Source: Candidatus Saccharimonadota bacterium
Lineage (GTDB): Bacteria > Pseudomonadota > Gammaproteobacteria > Burkholderiales > Burkholderiaceae
Assembly: GCF_016593155.1 (NCBI RefSeq)
Contig: NZ_AP023215.1
Span: forward strand, 1-32,000
DNA: 32,000 bases
Reading direction: 5' to 3'
Part shown: positions 9,556-18,480 of the stretch, piece by piece
How positions within the stretch are numbered: position 1 is the stretch's first letter
Layout: each line of letters opens with the position of its first letter
Translations under genes and position numbers: made by a program
The notes under the pieces: model-generated
What the model saw: the letters and a program-made list of their open reading frames with translations, nothing else
The model's database searches: none
What the model was told of the DNA's origin: nothing

Positions 9556-10368
9556 GTGTTTAACGAAGATTACATCAAGTTATTATATGTATATGTATTT
9601 CCGTTGATATTGAAAACTATTATCTCTATTGCAATAATAGTTATTGGCGGTAAATTTATTAATGGTCTTACTATTTTAATTAAACGTACTTTAAATTTAC
9701 GTTATTTAAATGAAACTTTAACTAATTATTCTATTTCTACTATTCATGTTGTATTACGAATTTTATTGGTAATGATGGTATTAGAAATTTTTAATATTCC
9801 TATAGCATCTTTTGCGACATTAATTGGGGCAGCTGGGGTAGCAGTAAGTGTAGTATGGTCTGGACTTTTATCTAATTTTGCTTCTGGTATGTTTTTAGTA
9901 ATTTTACGTCCCTTTAAAATTGGAGATTATATAAATGCCTCAGGGTATGCTGGTGTTGTAAGAGATATAGGCTTGTTTATGACTATTTTAACTACCGATA
10001 ATAATTTACAAGTATATGTTGGAAATAATAAATTATTTACTGATGTAATTGTTAACTATAATGTAAATAATTATCGTAGAATTGATCAGAATTATCAAAT
10101 AACTAATTCTATTGATCCGAGAGAAGCAATTAATATTTTAACTAAACGCATATTATGTATTGAAAATATATTAAGTATACCCAAACCAAGTGTTTCAATT
10201 GTAAAATTTACTGAATTTGGTGTGTTATTAGGAATACGTTTATTTGCTTTAACATCAAATTTTTATCAAGTGAAAAATGATGCTAATATTATTATTGCAA
10301 CCACTGCCCGTGATTTTAATTGGTTACCTCCTGCGGCTGTTTATAAAAAGTATTTTTATACCACATAA
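9556..10368 (+). CDS. Small-conductance mechanosensitive channel (MscS family)
   Basis: GTG start preceded by aagga. N-terminal TM helices, then GAAGVAVSVVWSGLLSNFASGMFLVILRPFKIGDYI, which matches the MscS TM3/beta-domain core. Confidence 0.85.
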   Translation: MFNEDYIKLLYVYVFPLILKTIISIAIIVIGGKFINGLTILIKRTLNLRYLNETLTNYSISTIHVVLRILLVMMVLEIFNIPIASFATLIGAAGVAVSVVWSGLLSNFASGMFLVILRPFKIGDYINASGYAGVVRDIGLFMTILTTDNNLQVYVGNNKLFTDVIVNYNVNNYRRIDQNYQITNSIDPREAINILTKRILCIENILSIPKPSVSIVKFTEFGVLLGIRLFALTSNFYQVKNDANIIIATTARDFNWLPPAAVYKKYFYTT

Positions 10369-10418
10369 TTTTATTTTGATTTCATTGAATTTTAATTAAA
10401 TTTAAACTTTATAATTAA

Positions 10419-10757
10419 ATGAATATTAATGAAAGACAAATAATAATTATTAAGACGTTAAAAGATATTAAGGCGCAAGATATAAAAGTATATGATACAT
10501 CTAATTTAACTAATTTATTTGATAGAATTACTATTGCTTCCGGAAATTCTAAACGACAAATTAAAGCATTAGCTGTATCAATATGTAAGAATATTAAAAA
10601 TATAAATTTTAATATTCTAAATATAGAAGGTAAAAAATCTAGTGAATGGTTATTATTAGATTTAGGGGATATAATTGTTCATATTATGAAGCCGGATATT
10701 AGAAATATTTATAATTTAGAGGAAATTTGGGGTGAAAAAGAAATTAAATTCAACTAA
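10419..10757 (+). CDS. rsfS: Ribosomal silencing factor RsfS (Iojap family)
   Basis: 112 aa. DRITIASGNSKRQIKAL and WLLLDLGDIIVHIMKPDIRNIYNLEEIWG match the RsfS signature. Confidence 0.88.
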   Translation: MNINERQIIIIKTLKDIKAQDIKVYDTSNLTNLFDRITIASGNSKRQIKALAVSICKNIKNINFNILNIEGKKSSEWLLLDLGDIIVHIMKPDIRNIYNLEEIWGEKEIKFN

Positions 10758-10774
10758 ATATAAAATATTAAATT

Positions 10775-11002
10775 ATGAAATTTCATAAAGATCTTGATGT
10801 GCGAGGTTCGTATTGTCCTATACCTATTTTAAAAACTAAAAAAATTTTATCAAAAATGTCTCATGGAGAAATTTTACGTATTATAGCAACAGATATTAAT
10901 TTTTTCGAAGATATTCATATTTTTTCTATACAAACTGGAAATATTTTATTAAAAAAAATAAAAAAAAATAATGAATTTATTTTTTTTATAAAACGTAAAT
11001 AA
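10775..11002 (+). CDS. TusA/SirA-family sulfurtransferase-like protein
   Basis: 75 aa. LDVRGSYCPIPILKTKK contains the CPxP active-site motif of the TusA family, followed by EILRIIATD. Confidence 0.8.
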   Translation: MKFHKDLDVRGSYCPIPILKTKKILSKMSHGEILRIIATDINFFEDIHIFSIQTGNILLKKIKKNNEFIFFIKRK

Positions 11003-11004
11003 AT

Positions 11005-12519
11005 TTAATTTTCTTTTCGAAGATGAGGAAAAAAAATGACATCACGAATATTTGTTGAATTAGTTAATAGCATAATTAAGCGATCAACACCAATTCCACA
11101 ACCAGAAGCTGGTGGCATACCATATTCTAGTGCATGAATATAATCTATATCATAATAAGAAGATAATTCTCCATTCATTTCATTTTTTAAATCAATTTGA
11201 TTTTTAAAACGCACAGCCTGTTCCTCGGGATCATTTAATTCAGAAAAACCATTAGCGATTTCATTTCCAATAATAAATAATTCAAAACGTTCTGTTATAT
11301 TATTATTTGCGATATTTGATTTTCTAGCTAATGGTGAAATTTCAGTAGGATAATTAGTAATATAAGTTGGATTCCAAAGTTTTGTTTCAGTAGTTTCTTC
11401 GAATAACATTAGTTGTAATATATCTTTTTTTAAGTTAGTTAATATTTTTCTTTTATTAAATTTTGGATTAATTTTTTTTAATTCAGATTTTAGAAATAAT
11501 TTATTTTGTAAATCTATTTCACTGTATTGAGGTGTATATTTTTTTATAGCTTCAATAATAGTTAATTTTTCAAATGATTTATTAAAATCAAGTAAATGAC
11601 CTTGGTAATTTATTTTAGTGGTACCCATACAATCTATTAGTATTTTCTTGATCATTTTTTCTATAAATTTCATTAACCAAATATAATCTGTGTAAGCAGT
11701 ATAAAATTCTATCATAGTAAATTCAGGATTATGTCGAGGTGAAATTCCCTCATTACGAAAATTTTTATTAATTTCAAAAATCTTATTAAAACCTCCAATT
11801 ATAAGACGCTTCAAATATAATTCTGGAGCAATTCTTAAAAACATTTTCATATTAAGAGAATTGTGATGAGTAATAAATGGTTTAGCTATAGCCCCTCCAG
11901 GTTTATTATGTAATATTGGTGTCTCAACTTCCATAAAATCATTTTTTTCCATAAAACGTCTAATAGAAGAAATTATTTGCGTTCTTTTCTTAAAAACTTT
12001 ACGTGTATTCTCATTTATAATTAAGTCAATATAACGATGACGATATTTAATTTCTCGATTAGATAATTTTTGAAATTTATTAGGAAGCGGTCGCAATGAT
12101 TTAGTAATTAATTTTAATGATGATACTTTTATAGATAATTCTCCGGTATTGGTTTTAAATAAAGTTCCTTTTGCCCCCAAAATATCTCCTATGTCATAAT
12201 GTTTGAAATCAGTATATAAATTTTTACCAATAATTTCGCTAGAAATATATAATTGAATTCGACCATTAGAATCTGGACCGGATGCATCTTGTAATATAAT
12301 AAATGAAATTTTCCCCATAATTCTTTTAAGCATCATTCGTCCAGCAACTATGGTAAAAATTGATTTTTGTTTTAATATAAAATTTTCGATATTATCATAA
12401 TGTATATGTAAATCATTAGCATTATGTAATGGATAAAAATCATTAGGAAATGCGAAACCTTTTTTTCGTAATAAATCTAATTTACTACGGCGCTCAGAAA
12501 TGATAGTATTTTCATCCAT
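11005..12519 (-). CDS. lysS: Lysine--tRNA ligase (class II)
   Basis: 504 aa. [20 protein letters not shown] (motif 2 region) and [14 protein letters not shown] (motif 3). It lies immediately downstream of prfB, a common arrangement. Confidence 0.96.
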   Translation of the reverse strand: MDENTIISERRSKLDLLRKKGFAFPNDFYPLHNANDLHIHYDNIENFILKQKSIFTIVAGRMMLKRIMGKISFIILQDASGPDSNGRIQLYISSEIIGKNLYTDFKHYDIGDILGAKGTLFKTNTGELSIKVSSLKLITKSLRPLPNKFQKLSNREIKYRHRYIDLIINENTRKVFKKRTQIISSIRRFMEKNDFMEVETPILHNKPGGAIAKPFITHHNSLNMKMFLRIAPELYLKRLIIGGFNKIFEINKNFRNEGISPRHNPEFTMIEFYTAYTDYIWLMKFIEKMIKKILIDCMGTTKINYQGHLLDFNKSFEKLTIIEAIKKYTPQYSEIDLQNKLFLKSELKKINPKFNKRKILTNLKKDILQLMLFEETTETKLWNPTYITNYPTEISPLARKSNIANNNITERFELFIIGNEIANGFSELNDPEEQAVRFKNQIDLKNEMNGELSSYYDIDYIHALEYGMPPASGCGIGVDRLIMLLTNSTNIRDVIFFPHLRKEN

Positions 12520-12539
12520 AAGTAATTATAAATTATCAG

Positions 12540-13671
12540 TTATTTTGGTTTAATGTTATTTTGGTTTAATAAACGTTGTTTTAATGAAGCAATAATAAAA
12601 TTATCTAAATCTCCATCTAAAATAGCTTTTATATTTTTAGTTTCTAAATTAGTTCGTAAATCTTTAATTCTCGATTGATCTAATATATACGAACGAATCT
12701 GATATCCCCAACCAATATCTGTTTTTGAGTCTTCTAATTTTTTTTTTTTTTTTATTTGATATTGCAATTCTAGCTTATATAATTTAGCCTTAAGCATATC
12801 CCAGGCTTCAGATTTATTTCGATGTTGACTACGATCATTTTGACATTGAACAACAATACCAGTTGGAATATGCGTAATACGAACCGCTGAATCAGTTTTA
12901 TTAATATGCTGTCCCCCTGCTCCTGATGCACGATAAGTATCTATTCGCAAATCAGAGGGATCAATATTAATCTTAATTAAATTATTTATTTCTGGGTATA
13001 CAAATAAACTGGAAAATGAAGTATGACGATTATTAGAAGAATCAAAAGGTGATTTACGAACTAATCTATGTATACCTGATTCTGATTTAAGAAAACCATA
13101 AGCATATTTACCCTTTATTTTTAAAGTTGCGGTTTTAATACCCGCTATTTCACCATTTGATTTTTCAAGAATTTCTACTATAAAACCTTTTCTTTCGCAA
13201 TAACGCAAATATTGACGTAGCAACATAAACGCCCAATCTTGTGCTTCAACTCCACCGGCGCCAGATTGAATATTAATAAAACAATTATTAAAATCTAATG
13301 GATCGTTAAAAAATTGATGAAATTCTATTTCTTTTATTTTATCGTTTAATTTATTAATATTATCTTCGATTTCTTTTAACATACTTTCTTCTTTTTCTAT
13401 ATATATAATTTCAAATAAATCACGATTATAAGATATTTTATTTTCAATTTTAATTAAGTTAAAAATAATATATTCTAAAATTTTTTTTTCTTTACTAAGT
13501 TTTTTTATATATTCTTGATTTTTCCAAATATTAGGAGATTCAAGTTGATTATTAATATTATTAAGTTTTTTAAATTTTATATCGAAGTCAAAGATATTTC
13601 CGTAGTTCAATAATCTTATTACTTATATTATTTAATTTTATTTTGAGATTATTTGAGTATTCTGATTTCAT
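12540..13671 (-). CDS. prfB: Peptide chain release factor 2, made by a programmed +1 frameshift (27-codon ORF1 13671..13591, then frame +1 from 13589)
   Basis: Main ORF carries SPF (RKSPFDSS) and GGQ (SGAGGQHINKT). Upstream on the minus strand I read ATG AAA TCA ... CTA CGG AAA TAT CTT TGA C. ORF1 ends ...ELRKYL, paralleling E. coli ...VLRGYL-UGA. The track ORF start at 13610 (MNYGNIF) is an artefact of the second frame. Confidence 0.93.
13587..13596 (-). promoter_or_regulatory. prfB: RF2 autoregulatory +1 frameshift site TAT CTT TGA C
   Basis: Exact CUU UGA C heptamer-type slippery/stop context at codons 27-28 of prfB. The upstream SD-like stimulator is weak here (ACGGAAA, against AGGGGG in E. 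coli). Confidence 0.88.
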
Positions 13672-13718
13672 TTTTTAAAAGTAAAATTTTATAAATTATT
13701 AATTATAAACATAAATCT

Positions 13719-14831
13719 TTATGATAAATTTTTTAAATTTGGTTTAATCCAAAATTTTCGTAGCATATTACGATTACAACTAAATTGAGTAATTTTATTC
13801 CGTTTAGTTAAAATTAATTTAAGTGATTTTAAAGATCCATTATTGAGTGCCCGAAGTAATTTAGTAAACCAATTTTTTTCTAATTTTTGAATACATTTTA
13901 TCCAATAACTCCATTCGTTTAAAAAACTAGGTTCAATTAATGTATCAAGTATTATTAAGGCACGTGATCCAGGTCGTTGTATTATTTTTTCTGGTATATT
14001 TATGTTATATTTTTTATTATTACATAAACATTTATTAAATAATTTCATCCATCCATAAAGATTAAAACAGGAATCATAAAAAGGAATATTAGAAAAGTTC
14101 TTAATAATATTAAAGGATTTTTTAAAATCAGATCCTCCCCATAACCATAATGAATTAATTTTTTTTAATCCAATAATTTCCCTTTCTATATTAACTTTAT
14201 GATTAAACCAGCTCATTTGTATTTCATTTTGCAATCTTCGCCAATCTTTATCTCCTTTTCCTTTAGGTATCCAATTTTTAATATCCTGTTCACTGGCAGC
14301 ATATGGTGTTGCTGTAATTAATTTTTTCCAATTATCTGCTCTTATAAACCAATTATTGGCATCTCCAAATACAACAGAATATCCATTTTTTAAAAATATA
14401 GGTTCAGCTATATTAAATAAAATAAATGATGATTGATGTGTTAAAGATAATTTCCGTATATTTGTTAATATTAAACAATTAGATCCAACATGAATATGCA
14501 CTGGATTTATTAAAAACCAATAACCTTGAAGAATGGGAATTCCTAGCATATGCATAACCATATGAGCAATAGATAAATTATTATAATAACTAAAATTTAA
14601 TTGAGAAAAAATTTTTGAATTTAAAGAATTATTAGAAGTAATCAATCCTAAAATTTGTGCTATCCAATTTTCATGAGCAAGCGCCCTAGAAAACGGATTA
14701 ATTAATTGTGTTTTTATTAAACTCTTTGTAAGTAAAATTGATAAAGAAGGTATTTTACATTTATAAATTAAATTATTTACTATCTCAAGTGGTAATAACC
14801 CAAATGGCATTAAAATATCTAAATGTTTCAT
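13719..14831 (-). CDS. Hypothetical protein, 370 aa, function unknown
   Basis: Long uninterrupted ORF in a genome where random ORFs are short. It sits 47 bp upstream of prfB on the same strand. No catalytic motif or TM pattern that I can recognise by eye. Confidence 0.7.
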   Translation of the reverse strand: MKHLDILMPFGLLPLEIVNNLIYKCKIPSLSILLTKSLIKTQLINPFSRALAHENWIAQILGLITSNNSLNSKIFSQLNFSYYNNLSIAHMVMHMLGIPILQGYWFLINPVHIHVGSNCLILTNIRKLSLTHQSSFILFNIAEPIFLKNGYSVVFGDANNWFIRADNWKKLITATPYAASEQDIKNWIPKGKGDKDWRRLQNEIQMSWFNHKVNIEREIIGLKKINSLWLWGGSDFKKSFNIIKNFSNIPFYDSCFNLYGWMKLFNKCLCNNKKYNINIPEKIIQRPGSRALIILDTLIEPSFLNEWSYWIKCIQKLEKNWFTKLLRALNNGSLKSLKLILTKRNKITQFSCNRNMLRKFWIKPNLKNLS

Positions 14832-15037
14832 ATAAAAATTTTTTAAATTACAGATTAATATAAATTATCAATATTTATTTATTAAATTTATATTAATTCT
14901 TATTAATACTTTTATTTAAAAATTAATTTAACTTATTTTTTAAATATGCGTGATTAAATTTATAAAAAACCACATTAATTATTATTAATATACATAAATT
15001 ATTATGTTTATACAATAAAAATTTGAATAATATTTTT

Positions 15038-15066
15038 TTGATATTAACATAACTTAATGATATAAT
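15038..15066 (+). promoter_or_regulatory. Candidate sigma70 promoter for the tRNA-tuf cluster (TTGATA-17 bp-TATAAT)
   Basis: -35 TTGATA at 15038-15043, a 17-bp spacer, and -10 TATAAT at 15061-15066, about 60 bp upstream of tRNA-Tyr. Chance matches are frequent in DNA this A+T-rich. Confidence 0.35.
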
Positions 15067-15127
15067 TTTGATATTCTTTTAAAACTTTTTTATAAAATTA
15101 TTATTTAACTCTATTTAATTTACCTAG

Positions 15128-15210
15128 GGAGAGGTGGCCGAGTGGTTAATGGCAGCAGACTGTAAATCTGCCCTCTTATGAGTTCGTTGGTTCAAATCCA
15201 GCCCTCTCCA
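15128..15210 (+). tRNA. tRNA-Tyr (anticodon GUA), class II long variable arm
   Basis: Aligns arm by arm with E. coli tRNA-Tyr: GGAGAGG..GCAGA-CTGTAAA-TCTGC..GTTGG-TTCAAAT-CCAGC-CCTCTCC-A. No encoded CCA. Confidence 0.93.
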
Positions 15211-15264
15211 AAAAATAAAAAAAATAAGTTAAATTAATTAATTTTCCTAAATATATTTGCATTT

Positions 15265-15338
15265 GCGGGTGTAGCTTAATGGTAGAGCTAAAGCCTTCCA
15301 AGCTTAAGACGAGGGTTCGATTCCCTTCACCCGCTCCA
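15265..15338 (+). tRNA. tRNA-Gly (anticodon UCC), CCA encoded
   Basis: GCGGGTG/CACCCGC acceptor, loop CTTCCAA, T arm GAGGG-TTCGATT-CCCTT, discriminator T followed by CCA. Confidence 0.93.
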
Positions 15339-15365
15339 TTTTTTCTTATTATTAAATAAATTATT

Positions 15366-15437
<72 letters not shown>

Positions 15438-15547
15438 TTTATAAATGTAAATTTTAATTTTATTTTTTATAAAAATTCTAGATGAAAAACATATTTAAAG
15501 TAAGATACTTTTTCTGTATATTCTCGTAAAACTGTTAGGAGTATAAA

Positions 15548-16738
15548 ATGGTAAAAAGTAAATTTGAACGAACTAAACCTCATATAAATGTTGGTACAAT
15601 AGGTCACGTTGATCATGGAAAAACCACATTAACGGCCGCAATTGCAACGATATTATCAAAAAAATTTGGTGGTGAAGCAAAATCTTATGATCAAATAGAT
15701 GCAGCACCGGAAGAAAAGGCACGGGGTATTACAATTAATACAGCGCATATAGAATATGAAACAAAAGTTCGACATTACGCTCATGTTGATTGTCCCGGAC
15801 ATGCTGATTATGTAAAAAATATGATTACAGGAGCAGCGCAAATGGATGGGGCTATTTTAGTTTGTTCTGCTGCTGACGGACCAATGCCTCAGACACGTGA
15901 ACATATTTTATTAGCTCGTCAAGTAGGGGTGCCATATATTATTGTTTTTTTAAATAAAGCAGATATGGTGGATGATGAAGAATTATTAGAATTAGTTGAA
16001 ATAGAAATTAGAGAATTATTAAATAAATATGAGTTTCCTGGAAATGATGTTCCAATAATTAAAGGTTCAGCAAAATTAGCATTGGAAGGTGATACAGGAC
16101 CGTTAGGCGAGCAATCAATTTTATCTTTATCTAAAGCTTTAGACACTTATATCCCCACTCCTAATCGTGCAATAGATGGTGCTTTTTTATTGCCAGTTGA
16201 AGATGTTTTTTCTATATCCGGTCGAGGTACAGTGGTAACTGGTCGAGTTGAACGGGGTATTATAAGAGTTGGAGAGGAATTAGAAATCATTGGTATTAAG
16301 GATACCGTAAAAACAACATGTACTGGTGTGGAAATGTTTCGTAAATTATTAGATCAAGGACAAGCTGGTGATAATATTGGATTATTATTACGTGGAACAA
16401 AACGTGAAGATGTAGAAAGAGGACAAGTTTTAGCTAAACCCGGATCAATTAAACCGCATAAATATTTTACTGGTGAAATTTATGTTTTATCAAAAGATGA
16501 GGGAGGTCGTCATACCCCATTTTTTAATAATTACCGTCCTCAGTTTTATTTTCGAACTACCGATGTAACTGGTTCAATTGAATTGCCAAAAAATAAAGAA
16601 ATGGTAATGCCAGGAGACAATGTGTTAATTACAGTTCGATTAATTAATCCAATTGCCATGGAAGAAGGTTTACGTTTCGCTATTCGCGAAGGCGGCAGAA
16701 CTGTTGGCGCGGGAATTGTTGTTAAGATTATTGAATAA
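15548..16738 (+). CDS. tuf: Elongation factor Tu
   Basis: 396 aa with [24 protein letters not shown] and SAL-type motifs. It is very close to betaproteobacterial EF-Tu. SD aggag lies upstream. Confidence 0.98.
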   Translation: MVKSKFERTKPHINVGTIGHVDHGKTTLTAAIATILSKKFGGEAKSYDQIDAAPEEKARGITINTAHIEYETKVRHYAHVDCPGHADYVKNMITGAAQMDGAILVCSAADGPMPQTREHILLARQVGVPYIIVFLNKADMVDDEELLELVEIEIRELLNKYEFPGNDVPIIKGSAKLALEGDTGPLGEQSILSLSKALDTYIPTPNRAIDGAFLLPVEDVFSISGRGTVVTGRVERGIIRVGEELEIIGIKDTVKTTCTGVEMFRKLLDQGQAGDNIGLLLRGTKREDVERGQVLAKPGSIKPHKYFTGEIYVLSKDEGGRHTPFFNNYRPQFYFRTTDVTGSIELPKNKEMVMPGDNVLITVRLINPIAMEEGLRFAIREGGRTVGAGIVVKIIE

Positions 16739-16760
16739 CATATATTATTGAATAACATAT
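16727..16760. repeat. Perfect 17-bp tandem duplication (attattgaataacatat x2) spanning the tuf stop codon
   Basis: Read directly: 16727-16743 is identical to 16744-16760. Copy 1 contains the last three sense codons of tuf plus TAA (ATT ATT GAA TAA). Confidence 0.92.
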
Positions 16761-16820
16761 TAAAATTGTATGTTAATTTTTTGAAAATAAGATATTTATA
16801 TTGAAATTTTTATTCTATAA

Positions 16821-16896
16821 AGGGGTATAGCTCAGTTGGTAGAGCATTGGTCTCCAAAACCAAAGGTTGGCGGTTCGATGCCGTCTACCCCTGCCA
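16821..16896 (+). tRNA. tRNA-Trp (anticodon CCA), CCA end encoded
   Basis: AGGGGTA/TACCCCT acceptor, anticodon stem TTGGT/ACCAA with loop CTCCAAA, T arm GGCGG-TTCGATG-CCGTC, discriminator G followed by CCA. Canonical position between tuf and secE. Confidence 0.93.
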
Positions 16897-16920
16897 TATT
16901 TAGCATATTAAGGCATTAAA

Positions 16921-17295
16921 ATGTCCAATTATTTTATAAAAATTTTTAGTATTTTTAGTGATAAAATTAAATATTTATTAATTTTTTTTTTAGCAATAAC
17001 TAGTACTTCAGTTTTTTGTATGTTGTATAAAAAATTTATTTTTTTTTCTATATTAATATTAATTATTAGTTTTTTATTAGAATTTATATTGATCTATACT
17101 ATAGAAAGGAAAATAATTTTTATAAAATTTATAAAAGAATCATTATGCGAAGTTAAAAAAATTGTTTGGCCAAAACCTAAAGAAACGATACAAATAACGA
17201 TTACTGTATTTTCTTTTGTTTTATTTATGACATTTTTTTTGCGTAGCGTTGATAAATTTCTTGAATTTTTTTTATACAACTTAATTCTAAGATAA
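16921..17295 (+). CDS. secE: Preprotein translocase subunit SecE (long, three-TM form)
   Basis: 124 aa. The C-terminal region EVKKIVWPKPKETIQITITVFSFVLFMTFF matches the conserved SecE segment. Position before nusG fits. Confidence 0.9.
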   Translation: MSNYFIKIFSIFSDKIKYLLIFFLAITSTSVFCMLYKKFIFFSILILIISFLLEFILIYTIERKIIFIKFIKESLCEVKKIVWPKPKETIQITITVFSFVLFMTFFLRSVDKFLEFFLYNLILR

Positions 17296-17305
17296 AAAAA
17301 ATAAT

Positions 17306-17959
17306 ATGAATGCTGTAATTCAACAGTTTATACAAGATAATTTATTAACTAAAAAAATAGTTAATAGTAATAATGAAATAAATATAAAAAATAGTAATAA
17401 AGAAAATATAGAAAAATACATAAATAATAAAAAACGTTGGTATGTTATTCATTCTTATTCCGGGATGGAGAAAAATGTTCAACGCACATTAATAGAGCGT
17501 ATTAATAAATTAGGTATGCAAAAAAAATTTGGTAGAATTTTAGTTCCTACCGAAGAAATAGTTGATGTTAAGAAAACTCAAAAATCAGTAATTAAGCAAC
17601 GTTTTTTTCCAGGTTATGTTTTAATTGAAATGGAAATGACGGATGAAAGTTGGCATTTAGTAAAAAATACTAAAAAAGTTACTGGTTTTATTGGAGGAAA
17701 ATCGAATCATCCAACTCCAATTTCTTCAAAAGAAATTGAAGAAATTTTAAAACAAATAAAACAAGGCGTAGAAAAACCTCGACCAAAAATCCTTTATCAA
17801 TTAGATGAATTAGTTCGCATTAAAGATGGTCCATTTACGGATTTTAGTGGAAATATAGAAGAAGTTAATTATGAAAAATCTCGCGTGCGAGTATCAGTTA
17901 CTATATTTGGTCGCGCTACCCCAGTTGAACTTGAATTTAGTCAGGTTGAAAAAATATAA
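17306..17959 (+). CDS. nusG: Transcription termination/antitermination factor NusG with an N/K-rich N-terminal extension of about 35 aa
   Basis: KRWYVIHSYSGMEKNVQRTL, FPGYVLIEMEMTDESWHLVKNT and the KOW region VRIKDGPFTDFSGNIEEVNYEKSRVRVSVTIFGRATPVELEF. There is no in-frame ATG, GTG or TTG between 17306 and the conserved core. Confidence 0.93.
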   Translation: MNAVIQQFIQDNLLTKKIVNSNNEINIKNSNKENIEKYINNKKRWYVIHSYSGMEKNVQRTLIERINKLGMQKKFGRILVPTEEIVDVKKTQKSVIKQRFFPGYVLIEMEMTDESWHLVKNTKKVTGFIGGKSNHPTPISSKEIEEILKQIKQGVEKPRPKILYQLDELVRIKDGPFTDFSGNIEEVNYEKSRVRVSVTIFGRATPVELEFSQVEKI

Positions 17960-18030
17960 ATTTTAAATATTTTATGTAATTTTCTTTATAAATATAATTA
18001 TAATATAATAATTAACAATAAAAATTAATT

Positions 18031-18480
18031 ATGGCAAAAAAAATTACTGGTTTTATTAAATTACAAATTCCCGCTGGAAAGGCTAATCCATCTCCACCTA
18101 TTGGTCCAGCATTAGGTCAACGTGGTTTAAATATTATGGAATTTTGTAAAAATTTTAATGCACAAACAAAAGGAATAGAATTAGGAACCCCAATTCCTGT
18201 TATAATCACAGTATTTTCTGATAAATCTTTTATTTTTGAAAAAAAAGTAACACCAGTAACTTTTTTAATTAAAAAAGCCGCTGGAATTAAAAAAGGCTCA
18301 GCAAAGCCTCATTCAGATAAAGTAGGTAAATTAACATATTTACAAATAAAAGAAATTGCAATCACTAAAAATATAGATCTTACAGCTGCCTCTATTTCAG
18401 CCGCTATGCGCACTATTGTTGGTTCAGCGCGCTCTATGGGAATTATAGTAGAAGAGGATTTTAATGAAAAAATTATCTAA
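18031..18480 (+). CDS. rplK: 50S ribosomal protein L11
   Basis: [40 protein letters not shown]. 149 aa. The last roughly 7 residues extend past the usual ...VVE(D/G) end and overlap rplA by 17 nt. Confidence 0.96.
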   Translation: MAKKITGFIKLQIPAGKANPSPPIGPALGQRGLNIMEFCKNFNAQTKGIELGTPIPVIITVFSDKSFIFEKKVTPVTFLIKKAAGIKKGSAKPHSDKVGKLTYLQIKEIAITKNIDLTAASISAAMRTIVGSARSMGIIVEEDFNEKII

